This document shows positions 11,965-24,460 of a DNA stretch of 64,000 nt, piece by piece. Source of the DNA: Octopus sinensis (Eukaryota); contig NC_043004.1 in the NCBI RefSeq assembly GCF_006345805.1, positions 69,378,001 to 69,442,000 on the forward strand. Direction: 5' to 3'. Under the pieces are notes generated by a model, which was given only the letters and a program-made list of their open reading frames with translations, did not search any database and was not told the DNA's origin. How positions within the stretch are numbered: position 1 is the first letter of the stretch; every line of letters begins with the position of its first letter. The position numbers and the translations under genes are program-made.

Positions 11965-13179
11965 GTATATATATATAATTGTGTGTATGTATATAGCTGT
12001 TTGTGTGTGTGTGTGTGTACATTTGAAAAAATACATGTGTACATGTATGTATGTATAAATTCTTTCATTTGTATCAGACATTAGCTTGTGGCCATGCAGG
12101 AGCACTGCCATTGAAAGGTTTTTAGCCAATCATATTGCCCTATGTACTTCTTTTCAGGTATGGTATTTATTTTATTGATCTCTGTTTATCAAGTTGTTAA
12201 GTTGCAGAACATAATCACAAACACACACACACACACAGGTCCTTTGCAAATGAATTTGGTAGACAGAAAATTGTGTAGAAACCCATTGTGTGTGTGGTGT
12301 GTGTGTTTTTGTCTGTGCCCCCCCCCCCACTGATTGACAATCACTGTTGGTTTGCTTATGTTGCTGCAATTTAGCAGTTTGGCAAAAGAGACTGACAGAA
12401 TACCTATCAGTCTATTAAAAAAAAGACTAATTACTGGACTCAATTTGTTTGGCTAAACCCCCTTCAAGAAGGTGCCCCAGCATGGCCACATTTCCGGTGA
12501 CTGAAGTGAAAACTAAAAAGAATGGTGATGGCTTGAACAACTTTTCGCATAGGTCTGCTGGACAATGGATTGATCTGAGGCTAAAAACAATGACTTGGTA
12601 TTTTTCTTATACACCTAAGACCTTATGTCGAACTTAGAGATAACTGTTGGTATATAAGAGAAGTAATTTGGTAGAATTAGAGACTGAGACATTACATACG
12701 TATACTTACGGTTTTTAACTGTTGTCCTTCTGACATCTCGGAATTCTGTCAAGATCTATTTGGTTTTCGTTAACCATAAAATGCACAGTTGGTTAATCTG
12801 CTAGAAAATATTGTTCATTATTCTTTTATTTCATTTACTAGTTTGTCATTTGACTGCAGCCATGCTGGAGCACCATCTTTAGTTGAACAAATCAACCCCA
12901 GGTCTTATTCTTTGTAAGCCTCGTACTTATTCTATTGATCTCTTTTGCTGAACTGCTTAGTTATGGAGACGTAAACACACCAACATCAGTTGTCAAGTGA
13001 TGGTGGGATTATTTCTAATAATCTTGCCTCTTAATACCCAGACCTTTTCATATTGCTCTTTGATATTTTCTGTCCCACTTGTGGGCACACACTGTCCCTA
13101 AAGGGGTTGCTAATGCCTAAGTTATGAAGAGCCGTTGACATGGGAGCTGTCTTGTTGGTTCATAAGAATATAGTCTTAA

Positions 13180-13399
13180 CCCTTTTGTTACTAACCCAGC
13201 TGAAACCGGCTCTGGCTCTATAGTACAAATGTCTTGTTTTCATAAGTTCTGAATTAAAATCTTCCACCAAACCTTAGTTACAATTTGTGTTCCTAACACT
13301 AGCTTAATGATAACTAAGCTATTTTACTAAATTCTTTGTCATATTTTAAAATAATTGAAATAAACACAGCATCTCAAAATAAATACAGTAACGAAAGGG
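13180..13399. mobile_element. piggyBac-type MITE
   Basis: TTAA|CCCTTTTGTTACT...AGTAACGAAAGGG|TTAA, i.e. terminal inverted repeats with TTAA on both sides. Near-identical copy at 46677-46896. Confidence 0.9.
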
Positions 13400-13419
13400 T
13401 TAAAGATGAATGTTCTTTT

Positions 13420-13628
13420 CTACTTTAGGCACAAGGCCCAAAATTTTTGGGTGGAGGCCAGTCAGTTAGATCTACTCCAGTATGCAACTGGTACTTAATT
13501 TATCAACCCCCAAAAGGTTGAGAGGCAAAGTCGACCTCAGTGGAATTGAACTCAGAACATAAAGACAGAGGAAATACCACTAAGCATTTCGCCCGGCATG
13601 CTCACATTTCTGCCAGTTCGCCGCCTTC
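13420..13628 (-). mobile_element. SINE family B
   Basis: Reverse complement of the 1338-1570 family. Confidence 0.85.
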
Positions 13629-13906
13629 TTAAAGATGAATGTTGCGTAAGAGATATCTCGTACATATGATATTTCTTGAGAAGAATTCTCAAAGAAAATT
13701 GGCAACGAAAAACAAGGAATCAATGTGAGACATTGTAGGAAGACTTTTGTTTGGTATTGATTCCATTGTCTGGAAATTACAAAGAAGCAAACAACAATAA
13801 TACTCTTTTAATCTGTTCAAGCAAGATTTTTTTTTTTATTTTTGTTTTAATCTTTTAATCTTCTTTTGATAATACTTGGCTTTGGCTGGAGAATTGTTTT
13901 GTGCAG

Positions 13907-13936
13907 CGAAGAAGGAAGTGACCAAGAAAGAATAAG
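13907..13936 (+). CDS. Candidate 30-nt symmetric microexon (xEEGSDQERIx) of an unidentified gene
   Basis: A long T-rich tract precedes TTTTGTGCAG|CGAAGAAGGAAGTGACCAAGAAAGAATAAG|GTCAGT. The length is a multiple of 3 and one frame is open. Splice-site pattern only. Confidence 0.3.
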
Positions 13937-14539
13937 GTCAGTAAATGGGTTGAAACTGTATTCTAGATTGGACCGTACTGGACTGCACTGAATTGCACTG
14001 GACGTGAGTGGCATCAATAGACTGAATGTGAGATTCCAAATTAAGATGATGACCACAATAATAATGATGATGATGATAGTGGTTAAGATGCTGGTGGTAG
14101 TGGTGGTGAAGATGGTGGTAATAACGATGATTGTTCTAGATTAATTCCATTGGCCAGTGAAGACATCGTTAAAATGAAATATCATTATCCACCATGAGCA
14201 CTACTATTACCACCACCACCACCACAACTACCATCATGTTGAAAGCTTTTGGTGGTGATGGTGGTTCTTGTTTAACCAGCACCAGATTGGGCTTGACTGA
14301 TCTGCCCTGTGGTCAAAAGCATTCCAACCACAGCCATACTATCTTATTTTCATTTTTATCTTTGTCCAATATAAAGGAAACCTAGAACCATATTAGGCAA
14401 TATGTACTTTTCTAAGATAGTGGCATGTGTGAAATTTGTGGAAGACTTAACTGCTATTTCTAATTGTTGAGCAACCATATAGCTTTTAATAGTGCCTCAA
14501 CCAGACAGAAATAGCAGCCAAATCTCTTTCAAATCTTGT

Positions 14540-14867
14540 ATGTTGTCTCCTAATTCCCCTGATTGTAACCTCATGGATTAGTATGTGTGGGGTGCAGTTG
14601 TGAAAGACACAAACTGCTCTGCTTGCATCACCAAGGCTGAGCTGGTGGCCAAGATCAAGGAGTTGTTTGAAGCTCTTCTAAGGGACAGAGTGAAGAATGC
14701 ATGACCCCATGGTGGAAGCTGAGGGCAGCTATTTTGATTAAACTCTTATCTCCCAGCCATAATATAGTTGATATTTCTTTTATTTTTAAAAATACTTCTA
14801 ATTCTTGATGGCTACTGTTTTCTTTTCCTTCAATGCAAACTGTGAAATTTAGCTGAAACACTTTATA
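14540..14867 (+). pseudogene. Tc1/mariner transposase C-terminal remnant with 3' end
   Basis: Translation SPNSPDCNLMD*YVWGAVVKD...TKAELVAKIKELFEAL...(frameshift)VEAEGSYFD* matches the SPDLNP(I/L)D/E..W catalytic-end motif of Tc1/mariner transposases. It has a stop and a frameshift, and ends CTGAAACACTTTATA. Confidence 0.85.
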
Positions 14868-15624
14868 ACAAGCTGAGTGATGTGGATGGTCTGCTTTTGA
14901 TCATAATTCTGCTCATTTAGGGCTGATGTGCTGCTAAAGAACAACACCAGTGTTGTCACCAGAAGTATATAAAGATATAAACACTTTTTCATGAGAAGCA
15001 TTGCCACCTTTTAAAAGCAAAACTGGAGACAGTGGGGATGGAGAGACATTGCATTCTTAAATAGTCTAAGAATTGCCTGCTGGTTCCACAAATGGTTCCC
15101 CCCTCCCCCCCTCTCTCTCTCTCTCCCATTCATGGCCAAAGTTAGTCAATTTATTCATTCTGTAGTAGAGAAACCTTGTAAAGCATCCCTCTTGGCACCG
15201 CCATCCCTGTTTCCTCTCCCCTCCCCTTCTCTCCGGCATGCCAACTTGGCATTTGAAAGCCCCGTATTTATTATGAATGAAACTTATATATGTAATACAA
15301 GTTGTTTGTCTAACTGTCCCCACCTCCTCTCTCCCTGTCTCTCTCTCTCTCTCAACTTTTATAAATGCTTCGAGACAGAAGAGACTGTGTAGGTTTAAAA
15401 TATTTAATTTTAAAAATAAAATATAAATAAAACTAATATAAAACATGAAAATAGATTGACACAGGGTAGCACTGACTGGTGGTGGTGGCAGCAGCAGCGG
15501 GGGGGCGGGTGTAAACTTTAATTTGGAATACTGGAATATTTGCTGCTTAGAGACTTTATTAGGAACTGTTATTCTTGCTTGAATTTGTAAAGGTTTTTAA
15601 CACTATATTTATATGTATGTAATA

Positions 15625-15845
15625 TAGGTTTCAAATTTTGGCACAAGGCCAGCAATTTCAGGGGAGGGGCGAAGGCCCCGTTTACAATGACCCAAGTGTT
15701 CAGCTGGTATTTATTTTATTAACATAAAAAAAAATGAAAGGCTAAGTCAACCCCGGCAGGATTTGAACTCAGAATGTGAAGATGGATGAAATGCTACTAA
15801 GCATTTTGCCTGGCGTGCTAACGATTCTGCCAGCTTACCGCCTTT
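15625..15845 (-). mobile_element. SINE family B
   Basis: Same conserved core as 1338-1570, in reverse. Confidence 0.8.
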
Positions 15846-15879
15846 TATATATGCATGCGTTTGATATTATGTGTATGTG

Positions 15880-16200
15880 AAGACACATGGCTCAGTGGTT
15901 TGAGTGTCAGACTCACAACTATGAGGTAGTGAGTTCGATTCCCAGACCGAGCTCTGTGTTGTGTTCTTGAGTAAGGCACTTTATTTCACGTTGCCCCAGT
16001 CCACTCAGCTGTAGAAATGAATTGCGACATTGCTGGTGCCGAGCTGTATCGGAATTTTTGTCTTTCCTTTAGAGAAGAGAGGCTGATATGCATGGGCGAC
16101 TGCTGGTCTTCCATAAAACAACCGTGCCTGGACTTGTACCTCGGAGGGTAACTTTTTAAGTGCAATCCATGGTCATTCATAACTGAAGAGGGTCTCTTTT
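15880..16200 (+). mobile_element. tRNA-derived SINE family E
   Basis: Head TGGCTCAGTGG...GAGTTCGATTCCC (A and B boxes), then GTTCTTGAGTAAGGCACTTTATTTCACGTTGCCCCAGTCCACTCAGCTG. Copies at 45520-45860(-) and 53680-53880(+). Related heads at 30590-30780(-), 41610-41850(-) and 48160-48445(+). Confidence 0.85.
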
Positions 16201-16929
16201 TCAATATTGTGTGTGTGTATGAGTGTGTTTACGTAAAGAAGCCGAGAAACAGAGCCAAAAATTGAAAAGTACATGTGAGATATGGTCAACCAATGCCAGT
16301 GTGGAATATGTACATGAAATGATGTTTGTGTGTGTGTATGAGAAGGTATGTGGCCTAGTAGTTTGGACATTGCACTATGGTCACAAGCTCGTAGTTTTGA
16401 CTCCCAGATTGATATCATGTTCTTCCATAGCACTCAGTTGGAAAAAAAATGGGTGGTCATGCAATGGAATGTCTTTTTGTTCAGAGGGAATGTTGCCCTG
16501 CCTGCCTAGCCAGTGGGTTGGTCACCATTTGACGGTTACAACATTATGAGGAAGTGCATTGTGATCATTGGTGTATGAAAACATCCGATACTCTGGTCAA
16601 TATTGTGACACACGCTTGTATGCTACATGGCAACTCACAGTCTGTAAGAATTGGGTAAGGTTGAAGAGTGGACGCAGTGAAGAGGATGGCCAATGGTGCT
16701 CGAATTGAGGAGGTAGAGGGACGCAGGAAGAGAGCAGTGACAGGATAGTTATGATATATATATATATATATATGTATAATATTGAAGGAGGTAACAGTAT
16801 GAAAGAGGGCTAGGAGCCATTGTCTTGCTGAAGATAAGAATACATGGTTTCCCCAATTGGAGAGAGAGAGAGAGAGAGATAGTAAGGGTGTACCCCCAAG
16901 GTGAATGCTAAAAAGAGAATAGGGATAGA

Positions 16930-17221
16930 TCAGTGGGTCTTGAACTCAACCATTTTTTCCCTCTGGATCCCTTTCATTCCTATTTTATTCAGATGGACCC
17001 TCATAGATATACAATGTTTAAAAAATCCTTTTATATTTTTATAGTTAAAAATATCCTCTGGTATTTTTTGTAATTAAATATTATTAGGGATTATATTTAA
17101 AAAAATGTGAGAATATTTTATGTATTATAGAAATATAAGCAATTTATTGCACATGGATTTTAACAGCACAGTCTTATAAGTATCCTCAAGGGTCATGTGA
17201 ACCCCAGCCGAACACCACTGG
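16930..17221. mobile_element. hAT-type MITE, degenerate
   Basis: Ends CAGTGGGTCTTGAAC and GAACACCACTG resemble CAGTGGTTCTCAAC-type hAT TIRs around an AT-rich interior. Related right ends at about 8705-8750 and 22705-22798. Confidence 0.55.
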
Positions 17222-18227
17222 GATTAATGAACAGAAAGTGTGAGTGGTGGGTAGGTAAGTTGGTGAGTGTAAAAAGAGTGTGACTGATGAGAAGTGATGG
17301 TTTCTGATATATATTTGATCAATCAGTAATGCATACATTAATGTAATAGGCCTAATATGTCACCCTGTTTAATACCACCACCACCACCACCATTACATGC
17401 TGGGAGTTTCTCCAGAGTCCATTCTATAGCAAGAACAGGTTTAAGATGGGATAATTCAGAGCATCTTGATGTGTTTCCCTCCTTCTGCTGCAATATTATT
17501 AGTTTGGGTTTCTTCCTCCAGTTCATCTAGCTGTCTTGAAGGCGCTGTAAAAGCACATATGCTTTCCTTCCTTCTGACCAACCCTTAGTAAGAATGATAA
17601 GCAAGATTTGAGTGTACAAAACAGTTTCTGTTCTGCATTAGTGCCACTGTACCTCATTTATACCATTTCTAAGACCCTGACAAAATATCCTTTTGTCAGG
17701 GTTTTAATTCTTAAATTTTCTTATGCTGGAATTTCTTTAAACAATGTATTTTTCTTTCTTTTTTTTTTTAACTTGAATTTATGGTTGGCTGTGATTTGCA
17801 TGAGGCAATTGGCTGTTATTTCTAACAGATGGAACACCTACATGATACTATGTTGTCATTTAAGTAAGAATTTCCTCTAAACAAAAAAGGATAAGCATTC
17901 TGAGTTTTTTCTCTTCTGTATGTTTATATATGTTTATATGGGACTCTGAGCAGTTGAACTCATATTTGAAACCAAGAAACAAAGGTTTTCAAAAATGAAG
18001 TCTTGTTTTGCTGTGAATTTCTGTTTTTCATTTTTTAGTGTTTTTTTTTTCTTTTGTCTTTGGCTGAAATATTACTACTGTGGGTTCTATATTCACATTC
18101 CATGAAAATGGAGAAAAATATGGTGGTGATGACGCTGGGGGCTTGTGAAAAAAAAAAACATTAACTATTTAAGCTGATAAGTAAATAACTAACTGCTGTG
18201 TTCAATGGCAACTTTAAAAAAATAACC

Positions 18228-18234
<7 letters not shown>

Positions 18235-18258
<24 letters not shown>

Positions 18259-18440
18259 GTAGATGTATATATATATATGTAGATGTATATATATGTAGAT
18301 GTATATATATATATGTAGATGTATATATATGTAGATGTATATATATGTAGATGTATATATATATATGTAGATGTATATATATATATGTATGTATATATGT
18401 AGATGTATATATATATATGTGTAAGTATATATATATATAT
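18235..18440. repeat. (TA)n/TATGTAGATG compound microsatellite
   Basis: Direct reading; explains the IYIY ORFs here. Confidence 0.95.
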
Positions 18441-18827
18441 TTCCACAGAATATATCTGTATGCAAATCTGGAAAAACAAATATATTTTAAAGATTCAGTA
18501 AGACAGAATTGTGTTGTTATCTTGCTATTTTGAATATAAAACATCTCTGTTATATATGTTAAAAAAAAAAAAAAGAAAAAAGTAAATGTTATTTTTGTTA
18601 AAAATAAGAACACAATAACCAAAGTTATTTATTTTTGGCTTTTCAGTTTATTTTCTTTTTTCTTTTTGATAACATTTTGAAGTCTTTTAGGATAGCTATT
18701 CCCCCCCCACACACACACACACACTTTTCTCTTATTAGTGTCTCTCTTGTCTAGCATGATTAAGAGCTTCTGTTCAAAACATTGATAATTTTTCCCACTT
18801 CCAGATTAGCAGATTTTTAACATTTGG

Positions 18828-18875
<48 letters not shown>

Positions 18876-19989
18876 TTACCAATCCCTGGATTCTGGATTT
18901 CATTTTAAAGATGAATAGAGTAACCTTCTCAAGCTGAATTCCAGATTTCAGAACTTAAAAAATAACTCTGAAAAATAGATAAAGTAGTCAAGAAGAGAAT
19001 AAATTAGTGAAGCAATCAACACGGAGCCCAAAGTGTGGCAAAAGCTTTTACCCTTTAACTGAAAGTAGGTGAGCCAACACTGAGTGGTAGCTGTTTGGGA
19101 TATATCAACATCGTTTTTCATCATTCTGGGGTCAACAATATATAGCACCAGGCAGATATTTAACTTAATTTAATGGAATGTATTCCTCTTTCAAAACTCA
19201 TGGCTTTCTGCCTGTGACAAACTTTTGTTACACACACAGATGTATATATACTACCTAAACAAGCACTGAATAATTAATTTAATTTAAAAGAATAGTAAGG
19301 ATTATGGTAACAGAATGTTGGGGCTTTAAATAGAATTATGGAGATTATATATATAGATATATATATATGTGTATGTTTGTATATTTACTTTTTATAAATA
19401 ATATTTTTTAACTCAACAAAATCTTTCTTTAAATATTACGACTGTATCAAGAATCTTTTGCAAAAACATTTCTTGAAGATGCACATTTTCCCTAAAATAT
19501 ATCTCTAAAAATCACTATGTCGTATATATGAGGCTGGACCATCCATAAGAGTTAATACATATCCGAAGGCTGCAGGTTCTTATCATGTCAGGGTCACCAA
19601 CGTTTAGTGAATAGGTACTAAAATAATAGCTGACTTTTTATAACAGCTGTAGTATTATAATACCTTGTAATGCAATAACAGACAACGTTCAGAAGGCTTA
19701 ATAGAATATAGTAGTTTATTGTAAGAAGAAATGACGATGGTATTGAATGAAGGTTTGCTTGACAGCATACAGTGTATAGCATTCAGAAGGATAGTATAAC
19801 AGTGTCCTAAGTGAACAAAAGAAAAGTTTGAGCTACTTGTTATATGGTCACAAATCCAGAACAAGCTGTATCTGGCATAAATGAAATGTAACTCTTACTG
19901 TATATTGTAAAATGTAAACAGGATAAATGTTCGAACTGGCCATAAATAGTTATTTACTTCTAGAATGTTTCTTCTTTTGACATTATCCA

Positions 19990-20190
19990 CTTGGTGGAGT
20001 TGAGCTCTGACAGCGACATAACAAATTACGTCTGACTCTCTTGGAGGCTTGGCTGGCACTGATTAAAATTTTCCCATGACTTAGTGAAAGGCAGCAGCAT
20101 GTATCTATGTGTGATGCAAAGCAGTTGGCTGAAACAACCAAATCATGTGCAACCGGATAACACTTTGGCCAAAGGGAAATACTGCTCCTA
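19990..20190 (+). pseudogene. Highly decayed hAT (Charlie/ZBED-like) transposase C-terminal fragment
   Basis: Pieces LVELSSD, SLLEAWLALIKIFP*LSE and MYLC follow the order of the hAT dimerisation-domain motif (L.ELS.D...L..FW.....FP.L....TYLCE), with stops and frameshifts. Confidence 0.4.
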
Positions 20191-20279
20191 CACATTAAAA
20201 ATTATGTTTTTGAATATGAGATGCCAAAATTGAGCTGCATCTCATACCCTTGTGTCTTTTATGCCATCTGATACATTCA

Positions 20280-20312
<33 letters not shown>

Positions 20313-20314
<2 letters not shown>

Positions 20315-20444
20315 CACAGGAGTGGCTGTGTGGTAAGTAGCTTGCTTACGAACCACATGGTTCCGGGTTCAGTCCCACTGCGTGGCATCTTGGGCAATGC
20401 CTTGTGAGTGGATTTGGTAGACGGAAATTGAAAGAAGCCTGTCG

Positions 20445-20500
<56 letters not shown>

Positions 20501-20694
20501 CTGTGTTTGTCCCCCTAGCATTGCTTGACAACCGATGCTGGTGTGTTTACGTCCCCGTCACTTAGTGGTTCGGCAAAAGAGGCTGATAGAATAAGTACTG
20601 GGCTTACAAAGAATAAGTCCTGGGGTCGAGTTGCTCGATTTAAGGTGGTGCTCCAGCATGGCCGCAGTCAAATGACTGAAACAAGTAAAAAGAG
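20313..20694 (+). mobile_element. SINE family A with an internal deletion after TTGGGCAA
   Basis: Head, microsatellite, body and tail are all present; a short segment is missing relative to 89-497. Confidence 0.88.
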
Positions 20695-21150
20695 TATATA
20701 TATCAAATTCACCTTGCCCCAGTTAAATTATTCTAAATGACTTGAGATACACATTCAACCTTGGTTTTTCCACTAATATAATATATACCTGCTATAATGG
20801 AACCCTGACATAGATCCCTAGATCCACCCTTTACTGTGATCTTGGAACCTAACGGTCGACTAACTATAGCACTTAGCGTACCTATTCATTTTGACATATA
20901 TATATATTTCACATAATATATATAATATATAATATATATATATATATAGATATACATATATATGGATACACATACATATATATATATATATAGACATACA
21001 TATACAGAGTATGGGTGTTTAGTTTACTGGTGATCTAAATGAATAGGTATGCTGGCTAATTGCTGTAACAGATTATCAGGGTTCCATGCTTGTAACTGAG
21101 AAGGAAGCTGTGGATCCATTTTAGCTTACAGATTTAGCATATATATATAT

Positions 21151-21644
21151 CTGTGAAAGAGAACAAAAAACGCCAAGGCATAACAAGTATCCCAAGTCAT
21201 ACATTAATTCATATTATTCTTAAATTTGTTGAGGTCTTACAGCTGTTTCTGAGATATCCCAAATGATGGGCGAATGTGCCTGAATATGGGGTGTTCCGTC
21301 ATCAGAGACAAGTAGAGAATATATGAAAGATCTAGACATGGAAAATTTGCAAATAAGTTATGAAATAGAAGAGTAGAGAGTAAGGGAATAAAGAAATAAA
21401 TATTTATTTCCTTATTTCCACTCTTCTATTTCATGGCATATCTGCTAATTTTCCCTGCCTAGATCTTTCACATATTCTCTACTTGTCTCTGATGATGGAA
21501 TACCCCATATACAGGCATACTCACCCATCACTTGGGATATCCCAGCAACAGCTGTAAGACCACAACTAATTTAAGAATAATATTAAATAATGTATATGAA
21601 TTCAGATGCTTGTTATGTCTCGGCGTTTGTTGTTCTCTCTCACA
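21151..21644. mobile_element. About 490-bp zero-spacer palindrome of two HHR-bearing units
   Basis: Perfectly palindromic centre GAAATAAAT|ATTTATTTC (21393-21410). Minus arm: GTCT-CTGATGA-long helix II-GAAACAGCTGTA-AGAC (21234-21309). Plus arm equivalent at 21485-21560. TA repeats flank both sides. Confidence 0.8.
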
Positions 21645-21661
21645 AATAAATAGATATATAT

Positions 21662-22070
21662 AAAAGCAGTATCGCCCGGCGTTGCTCGGGTTTGTAAGGG
21701 AAATAACTATATAAGCATTTTTGGAGAGTTATAGCCAAAAGATAGGAAAAAAATGCATTAAAAATGGGAAAAAATTATGGTAAATTTTTTTTTAAATCGT
21801 TGACTCATCGTAGACATTTTTAGAGAGTTACTTCGCTTATATAATAGCGAAAAAATGTATTAAAATGGAAAAAAATTATGGTAAATTATTTTTAAAACCG
21901 TAGACTCATCGTAGACGCGCGCTAATACCCAGAAGGGGTCGATATGAATCACGACTATAAGATACCCGGTTTTGGTTAAGCTGCACCGCAAAATGTGGGA
22001 GTAGTTAGGAATCTAGGAGACAGGCACACACATACATACACACAGACACACACTTTCTCGTATATATCTA
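21662..22070 (+). mobile_element. Non-autonomous Helitron-like element
   Basis: 5' GCAGTATCGCCCGGCGTTGCTCGGG hairpin, an internal tandem duplication of about 110 bp, and a (CACA/CAGA)n tract followed by CTTTCTCGTATATATCTA at the 3' end. This layout is typical of short Helitron/Helentron-derived elements. Confidence 0.65.
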
Positions 22071-23502
22071 TTATTGAATAAACTTAATAAATGCCATGTG
22101 GGCAGTGTCTGATGATTGTGCTAGGATACTAGATGTGTGAAAAACAGTTTGGCATTCTCTCAGCACATGAATACATATATTGTGTTTATTAAATGATATT
22201 TATGTCTCACCAGATGGAATACTTTGTTTTTGTGTTGATCTTACGATCACAGAACTGTACACTTTACATGTATGCATGAATGGAAAGTACAAAGATCAGT
22301 GATAAGGTTCTATAATGCGTAAAAGAATGAAGTGTCTTTGATATTTCAAATGTTATTACATTTTCAGACAGATGCTGTGCAGTATAGGAGACACACACAC
22401 ACACGTACAAAGTAGAGAAAAAAGTCAAGGCTTTGGGCTAGTGAGGTATGCCATCCTATAGATTAAGGATTCGGAACCATTTTTGTCTATGGTCCCCTTC
22501 GATTATTATTTTATTCTAGTGAACTCCTTTAGCTATTCGCTGTTTAAAAACTAGTTTTATAAAATACCTCTTTCAGAATTCCTACTTTGTTTATCAGACA
22601 TTACTTGTGTGTTGGTTGAACTATTGGAAGTGTCAGAGACGGAAACCGAGCTGTTTCTTGCAATGAAGACATCTAAAGCAATTTTTTGTTTATTGCTTTT
22701 TCTCATTGACCTTTAAAATGATACTGAGGATCCAATTTACTGCTTTGCGTGCACGGACCTCCTGGGGTCATATGGACGGACCCTGGTTGAAAACCACTGC
22801 TAATAGATGATGTCAAGAAGGGAAGTGTTGGCAGGTGTTTTAATGATCCGTAAATCAGTGTGTGTGTGTGTGTGTTTGACGATGGGAAGGTGAGAGGGAA
22901 CTGAGTTAGTATGTCTTTGATGGAATGTATGGTAAAGTGTGTGTGTGTGTGTGTTATGTAGTGTGAAAATAAAAACATTTGAAGCTCTGTGTGTGTGTGT
23001 GTGTGTGTTTGAAGAAAAATGTCGAGGTCGTGTTGGAGTGCGTGGAGAAGAGGTTGAACACGTGTGCAGTGTAAAAAGAAAGCAATATGTGTACGTAGCC
23101 AAAAGTGTGTTAGTGTAGAGAAGAACAGCGTGAGAATTAGTCTCACACACACATCTATTTACTGACTGATAGAATTATATATCTTTGTAGAGATCTCTTT
23201 ACTCCGTTGACAATATTCGTTATAGTTTTACATAGTTATGTATCTCTCACTGATAAAATTATATAATAACTTTATCTAGATATCTCTTTACTGATAGAAT
23301 TGTCACACACACTTACACACGCACGTCTTGAGTTTAATTTTTCTTGCTTACATTGTCAAATATATATATACTCCGGTATATATATATATATATATATATG
23401 GATACCTATATATAATTGTATATTATGTAAGATATGTTTGTGTGTATGTATATATATATGTGTGTGTCTGTGTATGTATGTGTATGTATATATGTATGTG
23501 TG

Positions 23503-23535
<33 letters not shown>

Positions 23536-23589
23536 ATACACACGATTTTGTAATAGATATTGATTTGCGATTATGTAATTGATACCGAT

Positions 23590-24460
23590 ACACAAACGCG
23601 CGCGCGCGCGTTCACATATCTTCGTCTGTCTTAAGACATACGCGCGCACGCGCACACATGATAGAATTATGTAAACGACACCCAATGTACACTCGGTGAT
23701 AAAATTACATTACGTACTTATATAGGTATCCGTTTACTAAGTGTATGCATGGAAGATGAACCAACGGATACTCAGTTATTATATAACTTAAAAACACTAT
23801 TTCACATTCAGCCGCTTGTCTCTTGTATTCGCTTTCGTATATATATTATTTTGTTTCATTTGTTCTTGTTGTTTTTTTCTCTTTTTCGTCGGCCCCGGGT
23901 TTTCTTGTCTTCTTCAACTAAAGTACCGACTCGTTATTTTCCCCGCCTCTCTCTCTTGAAAGTCTCTGGCTTTATTTCACAGCCTTCCTGTGAAGATTCG
24001 TAATGCATGACTTCAGAAAGAAACTATACTATTTAGCCTTCTTTTCGTGCGCTAAATACACCATCGGCTGTTAAGCATTTATTTAAGATCTAGGCCAGTT
24101 AACCAGATCCTGCTGTCTGCTTGTTTATTTTCAGGCCAGCACAGACCCTCGCTGTGTGTGTGTGTGGAGGGCGGAAGAGAGAGAGAGAGAAGTGCTGGTG
24201 GTAAGTCTTACGTCACACGTCGAGTTCTTTCTCCTTGGCCAATCACTTGTCAATGTGTAATTTTCAGGCAGAGTATATAATTCTTTGAGCAATTTCATTC
24301 ATAGAATTATTAAAATTTCTTGGGGATTAGAATTGTTACAGGGTGTGTATGTGTTTGTGAAAGAGTGTCCCAGTGGGGGTTTTGCCCTCTCCGCCGCACA
24401 CAATACCTTTATGTATTATAGTTTTATGTGTAGGTGGAGGTATCGCCGTGTGCTTAAGAG
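23590..24460. promoter_or_regulatory. CpG-rich promoter-like region, possibly bidirectional
   Basis: Unique sequence with many CG dinucleotides in an otherwise CpG-poor window. It contains TTACGTCA (CRE/ATF-like, near 24208), GGCCAATCA (CCAAT box, near 24238), GGAGGGCGG (GC-box-like), a GA tract, and a GTAAGT donor at 24201. Confidence 0.45.

Noticed and set aside
13960-14015. AATTGCACT miR-92-like seed
   Set aside because: Part of a short ACTG(G/C/A) tandem run; no precursor hairpin and the 3' part does not match miR-92.
14920-14965. GADVLLKNN ankyrin-like exon
   Set aside because: Weak donor, only a few matching residues, and no neighbouring ankyrin exons found.
16600-16745. Possible RTE C-terminal remnant (VEGRRKR)
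   Set aside because: Too decayed to support as a feature.
19005-19066. PKCGKSF zinc-finger-like word
   Set aside because: The first Cys and both His ligands are missing.
18940-19135. Minus-strand box C (ATGATGA) and box D (CTGA) with a CCAGA/TCTGG stem, as a C/D snoRNA
   Set aside because: About 190 nt long with no identifiable C'/D' boxes or rRNA guide; such motifs are expected by chance in 64 kb.
22095-22150. CTGATGA...GAAA as a hammerhead
   Set aside because: No NUH triplet with a pairing helix I or III follows GAAA.
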